NCBI GenBank assembly: GCA_051985755.1
Contig: JBPYDO010000380.1
Location: 1 to 50,487 of the forward strand
Reading direction: 5' to 3'
DNA length: 50,487 bases
From: Reyranella sp.
GTDB taxonomy: Bacteria > Pseudomonadota > Alphaproteobacteria > Reyranellales > Reyranellaceae
Every line of letters begins with the position of its first letter. The first letter of the stretch is position 1. The notes beneath the pieces are model-generated. The model saw only the letters and a program-made list of their open reading frames with translations. It was not told the DNA's origin and did no database searches. Of the stretch, positions 9,750 through 18,841 are shown piece by piece. The position numbers were made by a program, and so were the translations under genes.

Positions 9750-11003
9750 ATGGCCCAGCTTTCCGACGACTGCTTCGCCTTCGGCGGCAGCCTGTTGGGC
9801 GTCGATGCGGCGCGCGCCATGATCTTCGAGCGCGTGCGGCCGGTGGCTGGCATTGAGCAGGCTCCGCTGCGCCAAGCCTTGGGTCGCATCCTTGCGCAGG
9901 ACATCGCCGCGCCAATCGCGGTTCCGGGCTACGACAATTCCGCGGTCGACGGCTACGCCGTGCGCTTCGACGACCTCGACGCCGACCGCGCCACAGTGCT
10001 GCGCTGCACCGATCGCATCGCGGCCGGCCACGCTCCGGCCGGGGCGCTCAAGCCCGGGCTGGCCGCCCGGATTTTCACCGGCGCGATCCTGCCCGAGGGC
10101 GCCGACGTGGTGATCATGCAGGAGGATTGCGAGCGCGACGGCGAGCGCGTGACCATCCGGCCCGGCATCAAGCGCGGCGCCAACACCCGCCGCGCCGGCG
10201 AGGACGTGGCCAAGGGCGCGGTCGCCCTGACGGCCGGTCGGCGCCTGGGTCCGGCCGACCTTGGCTTGCTGGCGGCGCTTGGCTTCGTCGACGTGCCGGT
10301 GCGGCGCCGGCTATCGGTCGCCCTGCTCTCGACTGGCGATGAGGTGCGCGAACCGGGCCAGCCGCTGGGCCGCGGCCAGATCCACGACGCCAACCGCTAC
10401 ATCCTGGCGAGCCTGCTGCAGCGCCTGGGGGTCGATGTGGCCGACCTCGGCATCGTGCGCGACGACGAGGCGAGCCTCGGCGCTGCGCTGCGCCAGGCGG
10501 CTGACAAGAGCGACCTCATCATCACCTCGGGCGGCGTCTCGACTGGCGAGGAGGATCACGTCCGCTCGGCCATTGCCAACCACGGCTCGCTCTATTTCTG
10601 GCGGCTGGCGATCAAGCCCGGCCGACCGGTCGCGATGGGGCAGGTGGGCGCGACGCCGCTCGCCGGCCTGCCGGGCAACCCGGTGGCCGCCCTGCTCACC
10701 TTCGCCCTTGTCGCACGGCCTATGATCGAAGCCTTGTCCGCCGCCACGCCACACGTGGCGCAACGTTTTCCAGTGCTGAGCGATTTTTCCTACAGGAAGA
10801 GGCCCGGCCGTCGCGAGTATGTTCGGGTGTCGCTTGACCGTCCGGCTGCCGGTCTCGCCAAGGCCCGTCGCTACCACAAGGAAGGGGCGGGGATGCTGAC
10901 TTCGCTCACAGAGACCGATGGGCTGGTGGAACTAAGCGAGGGCACAACCCGTTTAGAGTCGGGCGCCGAGGTCGCCTTCGTGCCCTATAGTGAATTGATC
11001 TGA
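9750..11003 (+). CDS. moeA: Molybdopterin molybdotransferase MoeA (gephyrin-like)
   Basis: Motifs NSAVDGYA, RIFTGA, STGDE, TSGGVSTGEED, KPGRP and LPGNP. Confidence 0.94.
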   Translation: MAQLSDDCFAFGGSLLGVDAARAMIFERVRPVAGIEQAPLRQALGRILAQDIAAPIAVPGYDNSAVDGYAVRFDDLDADRATVLRCTDRIAAGHAPAGALKPGLAARIFTGAILPEGADVVIMQEDCERDGERVTIRPGIKRGANTRRAGEDVAKGAVALTAGRRLGPADLGLLAALGFVDVPVRRRLSVALLSTGDEVREPGQPLGRGQIHDANRYILASLLQRLGVDVADLGIVRDDEASLGAALRQAADKSDLIITSGGVSTGEEDHVRSAIANHGSLYFWRLAIKPGRPVAMGQVGATPLAGLPGNPVAALLTFALVARPMIEALSAATPHVAQRFPVLSDFSYRKRPGRREYVRVSLDRPAAGLAKARRYHKEGAGMLTSLTETDGLVELSEGTTRLESGAEVAFVPYSELI

Positions 11004-11104
11004 CTTGATTTATTGTGTCTTGCTCAAGGGCCGCACCCAAGCGGTCCGCAAGCCACCATCAAGCGTGCGCAGGAAGTAAAGCAAAGCCTGGGAGACAAAC
11101 GCCA

Positions 11105-12487
11105 ATGTTTAGCTTTCTCGATCGAAAACGAACCATCGCCAAGCCGGGCTTCAGCCGGTGGATGGTGCCGCCGGCCGCGTTGTGCGTGCATCTATGCATC
11201 GGCCAGGCCTACGCGTTTAGCGTGTTCAACCTGCCGATGACCAAGCTGATCGGCATCAGCAAATCCACGCCGGACGACTGGAAGCTCACCGAGCTCGGTT
11301 GGATCTTCTCGATTGCCATTTTCATGCTCGGCGTCTCGGCGGCGGTGTTCGGCCGCTGGGTCGAGGAAGGCGGTCCGCGCCGGGCCATGTTCACCGCCGC
11401 CCTGTGCTGGGGTGGGGGCTTCCTGATTGGGGCCTTCGGCGTCTCGATCCATAATCTGTGGGTCGTCTATTTCGGCTACGGGTTCCTCGGCGGTTGTGGC
11501 CTCGGCATCGGCTACATCTCGCCGGTCTCGACGCTGATCAAATGGTTCCCCGACCGGCCGGGCATGGCAACCGGCATGGCCATCATGGGCTTCGGCGGCG
11601 GCGCTTTCATCGCCTCGCCACTGTCAGTGTGGCTGATGCAGAAATTCTCTACGTCGACGCATATCGGCGTCGCCGAGACGTTCGTCATCCTCGGTATCGT
11701 CTATTTCTTCTTCATGATCGTCGGCTCGATTATCGTGCGCGTCCCGGCCGAGGGCTGGAAGCCCGCCGGCTGGGTCGAGCCCGCGAAGCCGAAGAAGCTG
11801 ATCACGACGAAGAACGTGTTCGTCTACGACGCGCTGAAGACCCCACAGTTCTGGTTTATCTGGTGGGTGCTGTGCCTGAACGTCACGGCCGGCATCGGCG
11901 TGCTCGGCCAGGCCTCGGCTATGAGCCAGGAGATGTTCCCTGGCCACGTCTCGGCCGTGGCCGCTGCGGGCTTCGTCGGCATGATGAGCCTGTTCAACAT
12001 GGGCGGCCGGTTCTTCTGGGCCTCCACGTCGGACTACCTCGGCCGCAAGAACACCTACTTCGTGTTCTTCGCCCTGGGCACGGTCCTCTATGCGCTCGTG
12101 CCGCAGACCGGCGAGATGGGCAGCGTGCCGCTGTTCGTGCTGTGCTTCCTAATCATCATCAGCATGTACGGCGGCGGGTTCTCGACCGTGCCGGCGTATC
12201 TGCGCGATATGTTCGGCACGCGCTACGTCGGCGCCATCCACGGACTGCTGCTGACCGCCTGGTCGATGGCCGGCATCTTCGGCCCGGTGCTGGTGAACTA
12301 CATCCGCGAGTACAACGTCGCGCACGGCGTGGCCAAGGCTCAAGCCTACAACACCACCATGTACGTGATGGCGGTCCTGCTGGTGATCGGCTTCATCAGC
12401 AACGCCATGGTGCGGGCGGTGCACGACCGCCACCACATGAAGGCGGACGACCCGCGGGGCGACTTCGTCGCCGCAGCGCGCAGCTAG
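11105..12487 (+). CDS. OFA-family MFS transporter (oxalate/formate antiporter-like)
   Basis: CIGQAYAFSVF, GIGYISPVSTLIKWFPDRPGMATG and SMYGGGFSTVPAYL; about 12 hydrophobic segments. ATG 11105 follows GGGAGA. Confidence 0.88.
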   Translation: MFSFLDRKRTIAKPGFSRWMVPPAALCVHLCIGQAYAFSVFNLPMTKLIGISKSTPDDWKLTELGWIFSIAIFMLGVSAAVFGRWVEEGGPRRAMFTAALCWGGGFLIGAFGVSIHNLWVVYFGYGFLGGCGLGIGYISPVSTLIKWFPDRPGMATGMAIMGFGGGAFIASPLSVWLMQKFSTSTHIGVAETFVILGIVYFFFMIVGSIIVRVPAEGWKPAGWVEPAKPKKLITTKNVFVYDALKTPQFWFIWWVLCLNVTAGIGVLGQASAMSQEMFPGHVSAVAAAGFVGMMSLFNMGGRFFWASTSDYLGRKNTYFVFFALGTVLYALVPQTGEMGSVPLFVLCFLIIISMYGGGFSTVPAYLRDMFGTRYVGAIHGLLLTAWSMAGIFGPVLVNYIREYNVAHGVAKAQAYNTTMYVMAVLLVIGFISNAMVRAVHDRHHMKADDPRGDFVAAARS

Positions 12488-12496
12488 GGAGGCAAC

Positions 12497-12625
12497 ATGA
12501 GCGACGCAAACGACACCACGCCTACACCCGCCTGGAAGCTGGCCGCCGCCTGGGGCTTCGTCGGCATCCCACTCGCCTGGGGCGTGATCCAGACGTTGAT
12601 CAACGCACTGAAGCTTTTCCAGTAG
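12497..12625 (+). CDS. 42-aa membrane peptide, MFS transporter small subunit type (not in the ORF track)
   Basis: GGGAGG RBS followed by MSDANDTTPTPAWKLAAAWGFVGIPLAWGVIQTLINALKLFQ*. The WxxVGIPLAWG motif is typical of small partners of OFA transporters. Confidence 0.8.
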   Translation: MSDANDTTPTPAWKLAAAWGFVGIPLAWGVIQTLINALKLFQ

Positions 12626-12643
12626 CCAACGAAATCATTGCAG

Positions 12644-12675
12644 AAACCCCGGCGGTCAACCCGCCGGGGTTTTTG
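12644..12675 (+). terminator. Rho-independent terminator, possibly bidirectional
   Basis: AAACCCCGGCGG-TCAAC-CCGCCGGGGTTT followed by further Ts, between convergent operons. Confidence 0.85.
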
Positions 12676-12688
12676 CTTGGCACGACGG

Positions 12689-13402
12689 CTAGCCCGCAGG
12701 CAGGGGATCGAGCGGCGCTGCCAGTTGCCATCGGCCGCGCGCGGCGATCGCGACGTGCAGGCCGGCGGCCGGCGCAAGGGAAGCTAGCGACCAGCTGCCG
12801 GTATCCTTGTCGCCGGCGCATTGCAGCAGCTCGGCCGGTTCTCCGGGAGCGAGTGAAACGGCGAATGAGCCGAGCGGCACGGACAACCCGAGGCCCAGTG
12901 CCTTGAGGTACGCTTCCTTGCGCGTCCAGCAATTGAAGAAGCCTTCCTCGCGCAGCGCTGCCGGAAGCGCTGCCAGCGCCGCCACTTCGCGCGGCGCGAA
13001 GAATTGCTCGGCGAGTTTGGCGGTGGCCAGCATGGGGATGCGCCATTCGATGTCGCAGCCGATGGCGAGGCCGCGATCGATGACATAGAGCGCCAGTCCC
13101 GCGGAGTGGGAAAGACTGAACTCGATATCGGTGCCATCGACGCGTGGCTTGCCGAAACGATTGCAGGCGAGCCGCACTTGCCGCGGCAGGTTGCCGAGCT
13201 CCTCGGCCAGCAACTCGCGCAGGCGGCCGCGACGCACGATGTAGCGATCGCGGTCGCGCTGGAAATGAAATCGTCTGGCGCGCCGCTGCTCTGAGTCGGA
13301 AAGGACGCTGGCATAGCGGGCCACGGCATCCGCTTCGATATCGAGCGCCTGCCAGTGCGCGCGTACGCGGATGGTCTCGGTCGTGGCGGTCGACGGCGGC
13401 AC
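12689..13402 (-). CDS. 4'-phosphopantetheinyl transferase, Sfp type
   Basis: FGKP, FSLSHS, IGCDIE and FFNCWTRKEAYLKALGLGL. Confidence 0.92.
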   Translation of the reverse strand: MPPSTATTETIRVRAHWQALDIEADAVARYASVLSDSEQRRARRFHFQRDRDRYIVRRGRLRELLAEELGNLPRQVRLACNRFGKPRVDGTDIEFSLSHSAGLALYVIDRGLAIGCDIEWRIPMLATAKLAEQFFAPREVAALAALPAALREEGFFNCWTRKEAYLKALGLGLSVPLGSFAVSLAPGEPAELLQCAGDKDTGSWSLASLAPAAGLHVAIAARGRWQLAAPLDPLPAG

Positions 13403-13417
13403 GGGCCCCTGCCAGTC

Positions 13418-16400
13418 TCAATGCGCCTGGAGAGGCGAGTAGGGGACAGTCGATTCGCGGTGGGTTCTATCCTCCCTTCTCGGCCGCCCGGTCCCGCTGC
13501 CGTCGGCGGCGGCCAGGCATCGGCTAAGCGCCGATGCGAGCGTGCGGACGAACGGTTCTTCCATGATCGTGTCGTGCTCGCCGGCGATGGCGACCACGTC
13601 GAGCGACGGCGCGGCGCGACGCCAGATCGGCACGGGATCGCAGACGTCATAGCGCGGGCCGGTGACGCGGAAGAGGCTCAACTTGGCGTCGTACCTCCCG
13701 GGCCGAAAGGCCACGAAGGCGCGGACACCGATCTGGAACATCTGCCGGGATCGCTCGGAAGTCGCCCAGACGGTGCCGGCCAGCCGCCGGGCAGGATCGC
13801 CAAGTCCCAGGCGCGTGCGCAGCCTGTTGGCGACCTGCGCGAGCTTGGCCGACAGGTAAGCCGGCAACTGGCTCCGCTTCAGGGTCGCGAACTTGCGCAG
13901 CACGCGCGCCAGCAACATCGCCTGGTAGCCAAGCCAGTGCGGCAGCGGCAGGTAGCGCTCGTGAAGGTCGGTCTCGAGCAGGGCCAGCAGTTCGACCTCG
14001 GCGCCCGCCTGGCGGAGCCGGCGGCCCATGTCGAAGGCGATGAGACCGCCGAACGAATAGCCCGCGAGCGCGTAGGGACCAACCGGCTGCAGCTCGCGAA
14101 TCGCCGCGAGGTAGGCCTCGGCCATGTCGGCGATGCTGCCGTGCGGCTCCTGCTGCGGATCGGCGCCGCGGGCTTGGATGGCGTAGACCGGCCGCGTCGT
14201 GCGCATCTGCTCGGCGAGCGGCCTGAGCTGCAGGACATTGCCGAAAACGCCGTGAACGATGAAGAGCGGCCGGCCGATGCCCGGCCGCAGCTCGACCAGG
14301 TAGGAGAAGCGCTCCTCGGCGGCCGAGCGCAGCGCGTCGCCAAGGCCGGCGATCGTGCGCGTCCTGAAGAGGATGCTGAGCGGCAATTCGCGACCCCAGC
14401 GCGCTTTGATCTCGCAAGTCATCTTGAAGGCGAGCAGCGAATGGCCGCCGAGATCGAAGAAGTCGTCGTGCATGCCGACTTTCTCGAGTCCCAGCAGCTC
14501 CTGCCAGATGGCGGCCAACCCGCGCTCGATGTCGTCGCGCGGTTCCTGCCCTTCCACAGAAGGGGCGGGCATCGACGGAGCGGGCTGCAGCGTGGGCAGG
14601 CGCTTGCGGTCGATCTTGCCGTTGGGCGTCACCGGCAGCTGCGGCAGCACGACGATGCGCCCCGGCACCATGTAGCCCGGCAGGCGCTCGCGCAGGAAAG
14701 CGCGCATGTCCGTCAGGTCGCTCTCGCCCAGCTCTGATCCCGCAGGGCCAGCCACATAGGCGACCAGGCTCGCCTCGCCCGAGGCGTCGGCCACGGCGCG
14801 GGCGGCGGCGGCGGCGATCTTCGGATGCAAGGCGATCGCGCCTTCCACTTCTTCCAACCCGACGCGAAAGCCGCGCACCTTGACCTGGTTGTCCATGCGG
14901 CCGAGGAACTCGATCTCGCCGTCGTTCCGGTAACGCACGCGGTCGCCCGTCTGGTACAGCCGTTCTCCCGGCACGAAGGGATCGGCCACGAATTTGCCTG
15001 CCGTCAGTGCCGCGTCGTTGCGGTAGCCGCGGGCGAGGCCCGCCCCGCCGATACAGAGCTCTCCCGCGACACCATCGGGGACCAGGGCACCGCCGCCGTC
15101 CAAAACGTAGGCACGGGTATTGGCCAGCGGCCGGCCGATCGGGACCGGCTCCTCGCCGGCGCTCACTTCGTGGCGCAGCGACCACACCGTCGTTTCGGTG
15201 GGACCGTACATGTTCCAGACGCTGCGGCCCCGGTCGAGCAGTGCGCCCGCCAGGTCGGACGAGAGTGCCTCGCCGCCGCACAGGATCTTGAGCTGGCGAT
15301 CGCCGCGCCAGCCTGCCGCGATCAAGGCCCGCCAGGTGGCGGGCGTTGCCTGCGCCACGGTGCAGCCCGACCGCGCCAGGAGCCGCGCGAGGCGCGACGG
15401 ATCGGCCGCTTCCTCGCGCGTCGCCAGCACCAACCGGCCGCCCGCGATCAGCGGCAAGAAGAGCTCCAGCGCGGCGATGTCGAAGGAGAGGGTGGTGAGC
15501 GCCAGAAAACTGTCGTCCGACGAGAATCCCAGGTCGCGCTGCATCGCCGTCAGGAGGTTCACTAGCGAGCGGTGCGTGATCTCGACCGCCTTCGGCTTTG
15601 CCGTCGAGCCGGAGGTGTAGAGAAGATAGGCGAGGTCGTCGGGGCTGGCGGTTCGCGAGGCCTTCGGCGGATTGGGGCGCGGCGGAACCTGGTCGCGGCC
15701 GCAATCGTCGGCGTCGTAGAGGACGACGCGGGCCTCCGAGCGGGGCAGTCGCCAGGCGACCGACCGCTCGGTAAGCAGCGCGGCGGGTTGGGCGTCCTCG
15801 AGCAAGAAGCTAAGCCGCGCCGCCGGCAGGGCCGGATCGAGCGGCAGGTACGTGGCACCGGCGCGCATGACGGCGAGCAGGCCTGTAACCATTTCAATCG
15901 ACCGCTCCATCGCAATCGCCACCAGCGTTCCCGGCGCCACACCGGCCCGGGTGAGCCGCCGCGCCAGGCGCTGGACGCGCCGCTCCAGCCTGTCGTAGCG
16001 CCAGCTGCGCCCATTGCATTCGACAGCGATCGCCTGCGGTGTCTGCCGCGCCTGCTCCCGGCATCGTGCCTGGATCAGCGAATCGAGAGTCGCTTGCGGG
16101 AAATCCCGCTCAGTGGCGTTGCGCTCTACCAGGAGCCGCTGCCGCTCCTCGGACGACAGCAAGGGCAGGCGGCCCAGCGTGCATTGCGGGTTCGCGACTG
16201 CGCTGGCCAGCAGCGTTCGCCAGTGGCCGATCATGCGCCGGATGGTGGCGGCCTCGAACAGGTCGGTGCTGTAGAGGAACCGCCCGAGGATCAGGTCCTG
16301 CTGCTCCTCGAGCTCGAAATACAGGTCGAACTTGGCGGTGCCGACCGTCACGTCCATCTGCGTCAGCAGCCAGCCCTCGCCGCACGCCATGGGTGGCGGC

Positions 16401-17581
16401 TGGATCGAGAACAGGACCTGGAACAGCGGATGGCGGTTGTCGCGCCGTGGGCGGACTTCGCGTACCACCCGGTCGAGCGGCACGTCGCTGGCGTCGAGCG
16501 CCTCCACCACAGTCGTCTGGACCTCGGCGAGGTAGTCGCAGAACCGCTTGCCGCCTTCGGGCTGGCTGCGCAGCGCCACGCCGTTCAGGAAATAGCCCAT
16601 CAGGGTCTCGAGCTCGGGCCGGCGGCGCATGTCGGTGACCCCGCCGATGACGAAGTCGGTCTGGCCGCTATAGCGGTGCAGCATCGCCTTGAAGGCGGCG
16701 AGCAGCGTCGTGTAGAGCGTCACGCCCTGCTGCCGGCTGAGCGATCTCAGGGCCGCGGTGAGCTCACGCGACAAGGCGAAAGTCTCCATCGACCCACGAT
16801 GCGATGCGGGGCCCGTGACCGGCCGGTCGGTGGGCAGAGCAAGTTCCGGCGGATCACCCGCGAGTTTCTGCCGCCAATAGGCCAGTTCGCGTGCCATCGA
16901 CCGGGAGGCGAGGCGGCGCTGCTGCCAAGCGGTATAGTCGCCGTACTGCAGGCGGGGCTCGGCGAGCGTGGGCGTCTCGCCGCGCGCATAGGCGGCGTAG
17001 AGCGCGCTGAGTTCGGGCATCATCACCCGCACCAGCGACACGCCGTCGAAGATCAGGTGATGCAGCGCCACGTAAAGCCGATGCCGGTCGCTGGCGAGCC
17101 GCACCAGCAGCGTGCGCAACAGCGGGCCTTCCTCGAGGTCGAAGGGCCGCCGGGCCTGCCGCGTGGCAATGCGCAAGGCCTCCTTCTCGCGCTCCTCCTC
17201 GGCTAGATGGGTGAGGTCGACCAGGCGCAGCCGCAGGCGAAGCTCGGGATGCACTACCGCCCGCGGCTGGCCGTCGGCGAGGTCGAACGACGTGCGCCAG
17301 ACCTCGTGCCTTCTCAGGATCTCGTTGAAGGCGCGCTCGAATGCTGCGAGATCGAACGGGCCGGTCCGATGGATGGTGATCGCCTCGTTGTAGAGGGGCA
17401 CGTCGGGCGCCATCGAGGCATGGAGCCAGATGTCGTTTTGCTCGGCCGAGAGCGGCACCGTCGCGGACCGCTTTCGCGGTTCAACGGCCTCGCCGGGGGC
17501 TCGATGGAGCGCACCCTCGCCGTGCAGCAGGTCCTCGAGCAACCGCCGCCTTTGCTCGTCGAGGGTCGGTTCGACGGTCAT
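13418..17581 (-). CDS. NRPS termination module C-A-T-TE (A-domain code suggests Gly)
   Basis: C: HHLIFDG. A: YTSGST, YGPTETT, TGD, GRMDNQVKVRGFRV, NGKIDR. T: FFDLGGHSL. TE: GYSFGG. ATG 17581 overlaps the P450 stop. Pocket residues read by eye: DILQLGMVWK. Confidence 0.93.
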   Translation of the reverse strand: MTVEPTLDEQRRRLLEDLLHGEGALHRAPGEAVEPRKRSATVPLSAEQNDIWLHASMAPDVPLYNEAITIHRTGPFDLAAFERAFNEILRRHEVWRTSFDLADGQPRAVVHPELRLRLRLVDLTHLAEEEREKEALRIATRQARRPFDLEEGPLLRTLLVRLASDRHRLYVALHHLIFDGVSLVRVMMPELSALYAAYARGETPTLAEPRLQYGDYTAWQQRRLASRSMARELAYWRQKLAGDPPELALPTDRPVTGPASHRGSMETFALSRELTAALRSLSRQQGVTLYTTLLAAFKAMLHRYSGQTDFVIGGVTDMRRRPELETLMGYFLNGVALRSQPEGGKRFCDYLAEVQTTVVEALDASDVPLDRVVREVRPRRDNRHPLFQVLFSIQPPPMACGEGWLLTQMDVTVGTAKFDLYFELEEQQDLILGRFLYSTDLFEAATIRRMIGHWRTLLASAVANPQCTLGRLPLLSSEERQRLLVERNATERDFPQATLDSLIQARCREQARQTPQAIAVECNGRSWRYDRLERRVQRLARRLTRAGVAPGTLVAIAMERSIEMVTGLLAVMRAGATYLPLDPALPAARLSFLLEDAQPAALLTERSVAWRLPRSEARVVLYDADDCGRDQVPPRPNPPKASRTASPDDLAYLLYTSGSTAKPKAVEITHRSLVNLLTAMQRDLGFSSDDSFLALTTLSFDIAALELFLPLIAGGRLVLATREEAADPSRLARLLARSGCTVAQATPATWRALIAAGWRGDRQLKILCGGEALSSDLAGALLDRGRSVWNMYGPTETTVWSLRHEVSAGEEPVPIGRPLANTRAYVLDGGGALVPDGVAGELCIGGAGLARGYRNDAALTAGKFVADPFVPGERLYQTGDRVRYRNDGEIEFLGRMDNQVKVRGFRVGLEEVEGAIALHPKIAAAAARAVADASGEASLVAYVAGPAGSELGESDLTDMRAFLRERLPGYMVPGRIVVLPQLPVTPNGKIDRKRLPTLQPAPSMPAPSVEGQEPRDDIERGLAAIWQELLGLEKVGMHDDFFDLGGHSLLAFKMTCEIKARWGRELPLSILFRTRTIAGLGDALRSAAEERFSYLVELRPGIGRPLFIVHGVFGNVLQLRPLAEQMRTTRPVYAIQARGADPQQEPHGSIADMAEAYLAAIRELQPVGPYALAGYSFGGLIAFDMGRRLRQAGAEVELLALLETDLHERYLPLPHWLGYQAMLLARVLRKFATLKRSQLPAYLSAKLAQVANRLRTRLGLGDPARRLAGTVWATSERSRQMFQIGVRAFVAFRPGRYDAKLSLFRVTGPRYDVCDPVPIWRRAAPSLDVVAIAGEHDTIMEEPFVRTLASALSRCLAAADGSGTGRPRREDRTHRESTVPYSPLQAH

Positions 17582-18840
17582 GGCTGCCCCGCCGCTTGGA
17601 AGGTCACCGGCAGCGCCTCGAGGCCGCGCAGTCCTAGATTCTGCCGCCAGACCAGGGGCCCGGGCTCGAGCGCGAGCCCGCCGAGCCGGCGCAGCAGCGT
17701 GGGAAAGGCGACCTGCGCCTCGATGCGGGCAAGCGGCGCGCCGAAGCAGAAGTGCGCCGCCCAACCGAAGGCGAGGTGACGGTTGTTCTGCCGCTCGAGG
17801 TCGAGCCGATCGGGGTCGGCGAAGCGTGCGGGATCGCGGTTGGCCGCCGCCATGACGGCCATGACGGCGTCGCGTTTCTTGATGCGTTTGCTGCCCAGCA
17901 CGAGGTTGTCGGGCGCCAGTCGCGCCGTGTGCTGGCTCGGGCTTTCATAGCGCAGCAGCTCCTCGACCGCCGATTCGGTGATCGCGGGGTCGTCGCGCAG
18001 CTGCGCCAGCGCCGCCGGATTTCGCATCAGGGTGAGCAGGCCGCTGGCGATCAGGTTGGTCGTCGTTTCCTGGCCGCCCACCATGGTGACGATGACGTTG
18101 GCGATCACTTCCTCCTCGCTGAGCCGCGAGCCCTCCTCGCAGGCGTCAAGAAGGAGGCGGATGAGACCCGGCCGTCGCGTGCCCTGCTGCTCGCGCACGG
18201 CGGATCGGAAATAGGCGACCATCTCGCCGAGGCTCTGCAACACGCGGCTGACGCGGTCGGGATTGTGCTGGAAGTTGCCCAGCATCTCCGCGAAGTCGGC
18301 GGACCAAGCCTTGAGTTGCCGGTGGTCGCTCGCCGGCACGCCGAGCAATCCGGCGGTGACGATAGCCGGCAACGGGTTCGCGAAATCGTCAATCACATCC
18401 ATCCGGCCGCTCGCCGCGACCTGGTCGATCAGGCCGTCGGCGATGTCCTGGATCTGCGGGCGCAGCTGCTCGACGCGCCGCGACGTGAAGGCGCTGGAGC
18501 AGAGCCCGCGCATCCTGGTGTGGGCCGGCGCGTCCAGGAACAGCATCTGCCGCACCATCACCTGCGCCACCGGTTCCAGCGCGCCGAGCCCCATGGCGCC
18601 GAGCTGCTCGGGCGTAGGCGTGCGCTGGGCGGAAAACTTGTGCAGCACATCGAGCACGCCCGAGTAGCTGGTGACGACCCAGGCGTGCAGGAACGGGTCC
18701 CAGGCGACCGGGTCGCGCGCGCGCAAGCGATGGTAGAGCGGGTAAGGGTCGGCAAGCACGCTGGGATCGAGCAGCTGGTAGAGGCTCGGCTGTTCGCCCC
18801 GTCGGGTGGCCGACGGAACTGCGGAAGCCCCGGACGTCAC
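17578..18840 (-). CDS. Cytochrome P450 (BioI/CYP107-like)
   Basis: I-helix GGQETT, EELLR (ExxR), ANRDPARF and heme ligand FGWAAHFCFG. Confidence 0.95.
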   Translation of the reverse strand: MTSGASAVPSATRRGEQPSLYQLLDPSVLADPYPLYHRLRARDPVAWDPFLHAWVVTSYSGVLDVLHKFSAQRTPTPEQLGAMGLGALEPVAQVMVRQMLFLDAPAHTRMRGLCSSAFTSRRVEQLRPQIQDIADGLIDQVAASGRMDVIDDFANPLPAIVTAGLLGVPASDHRQLKAWSADFAEMLGNFQHNPDRVSRVLQSLGEMVAYFRSAVREQQGTRRPGLIRLLLDACEEGSRLSEEEVIANVIVTMVGGQETTTNLIASGLLTLMRNPAALAQLRDDPAITESAVEELLRYESPSQHTARLAPDNLVLGSKRIKKRDAVMAVMAAANRDPARFADPDRLDLERQNNRHLAFGWAAHFCFGAPLARIEAQVAFPTLLRRLGGLALEPGPLVWRQNLGLRGLEALPVTFQAAGQP

Positions 18841-18841
18841 C

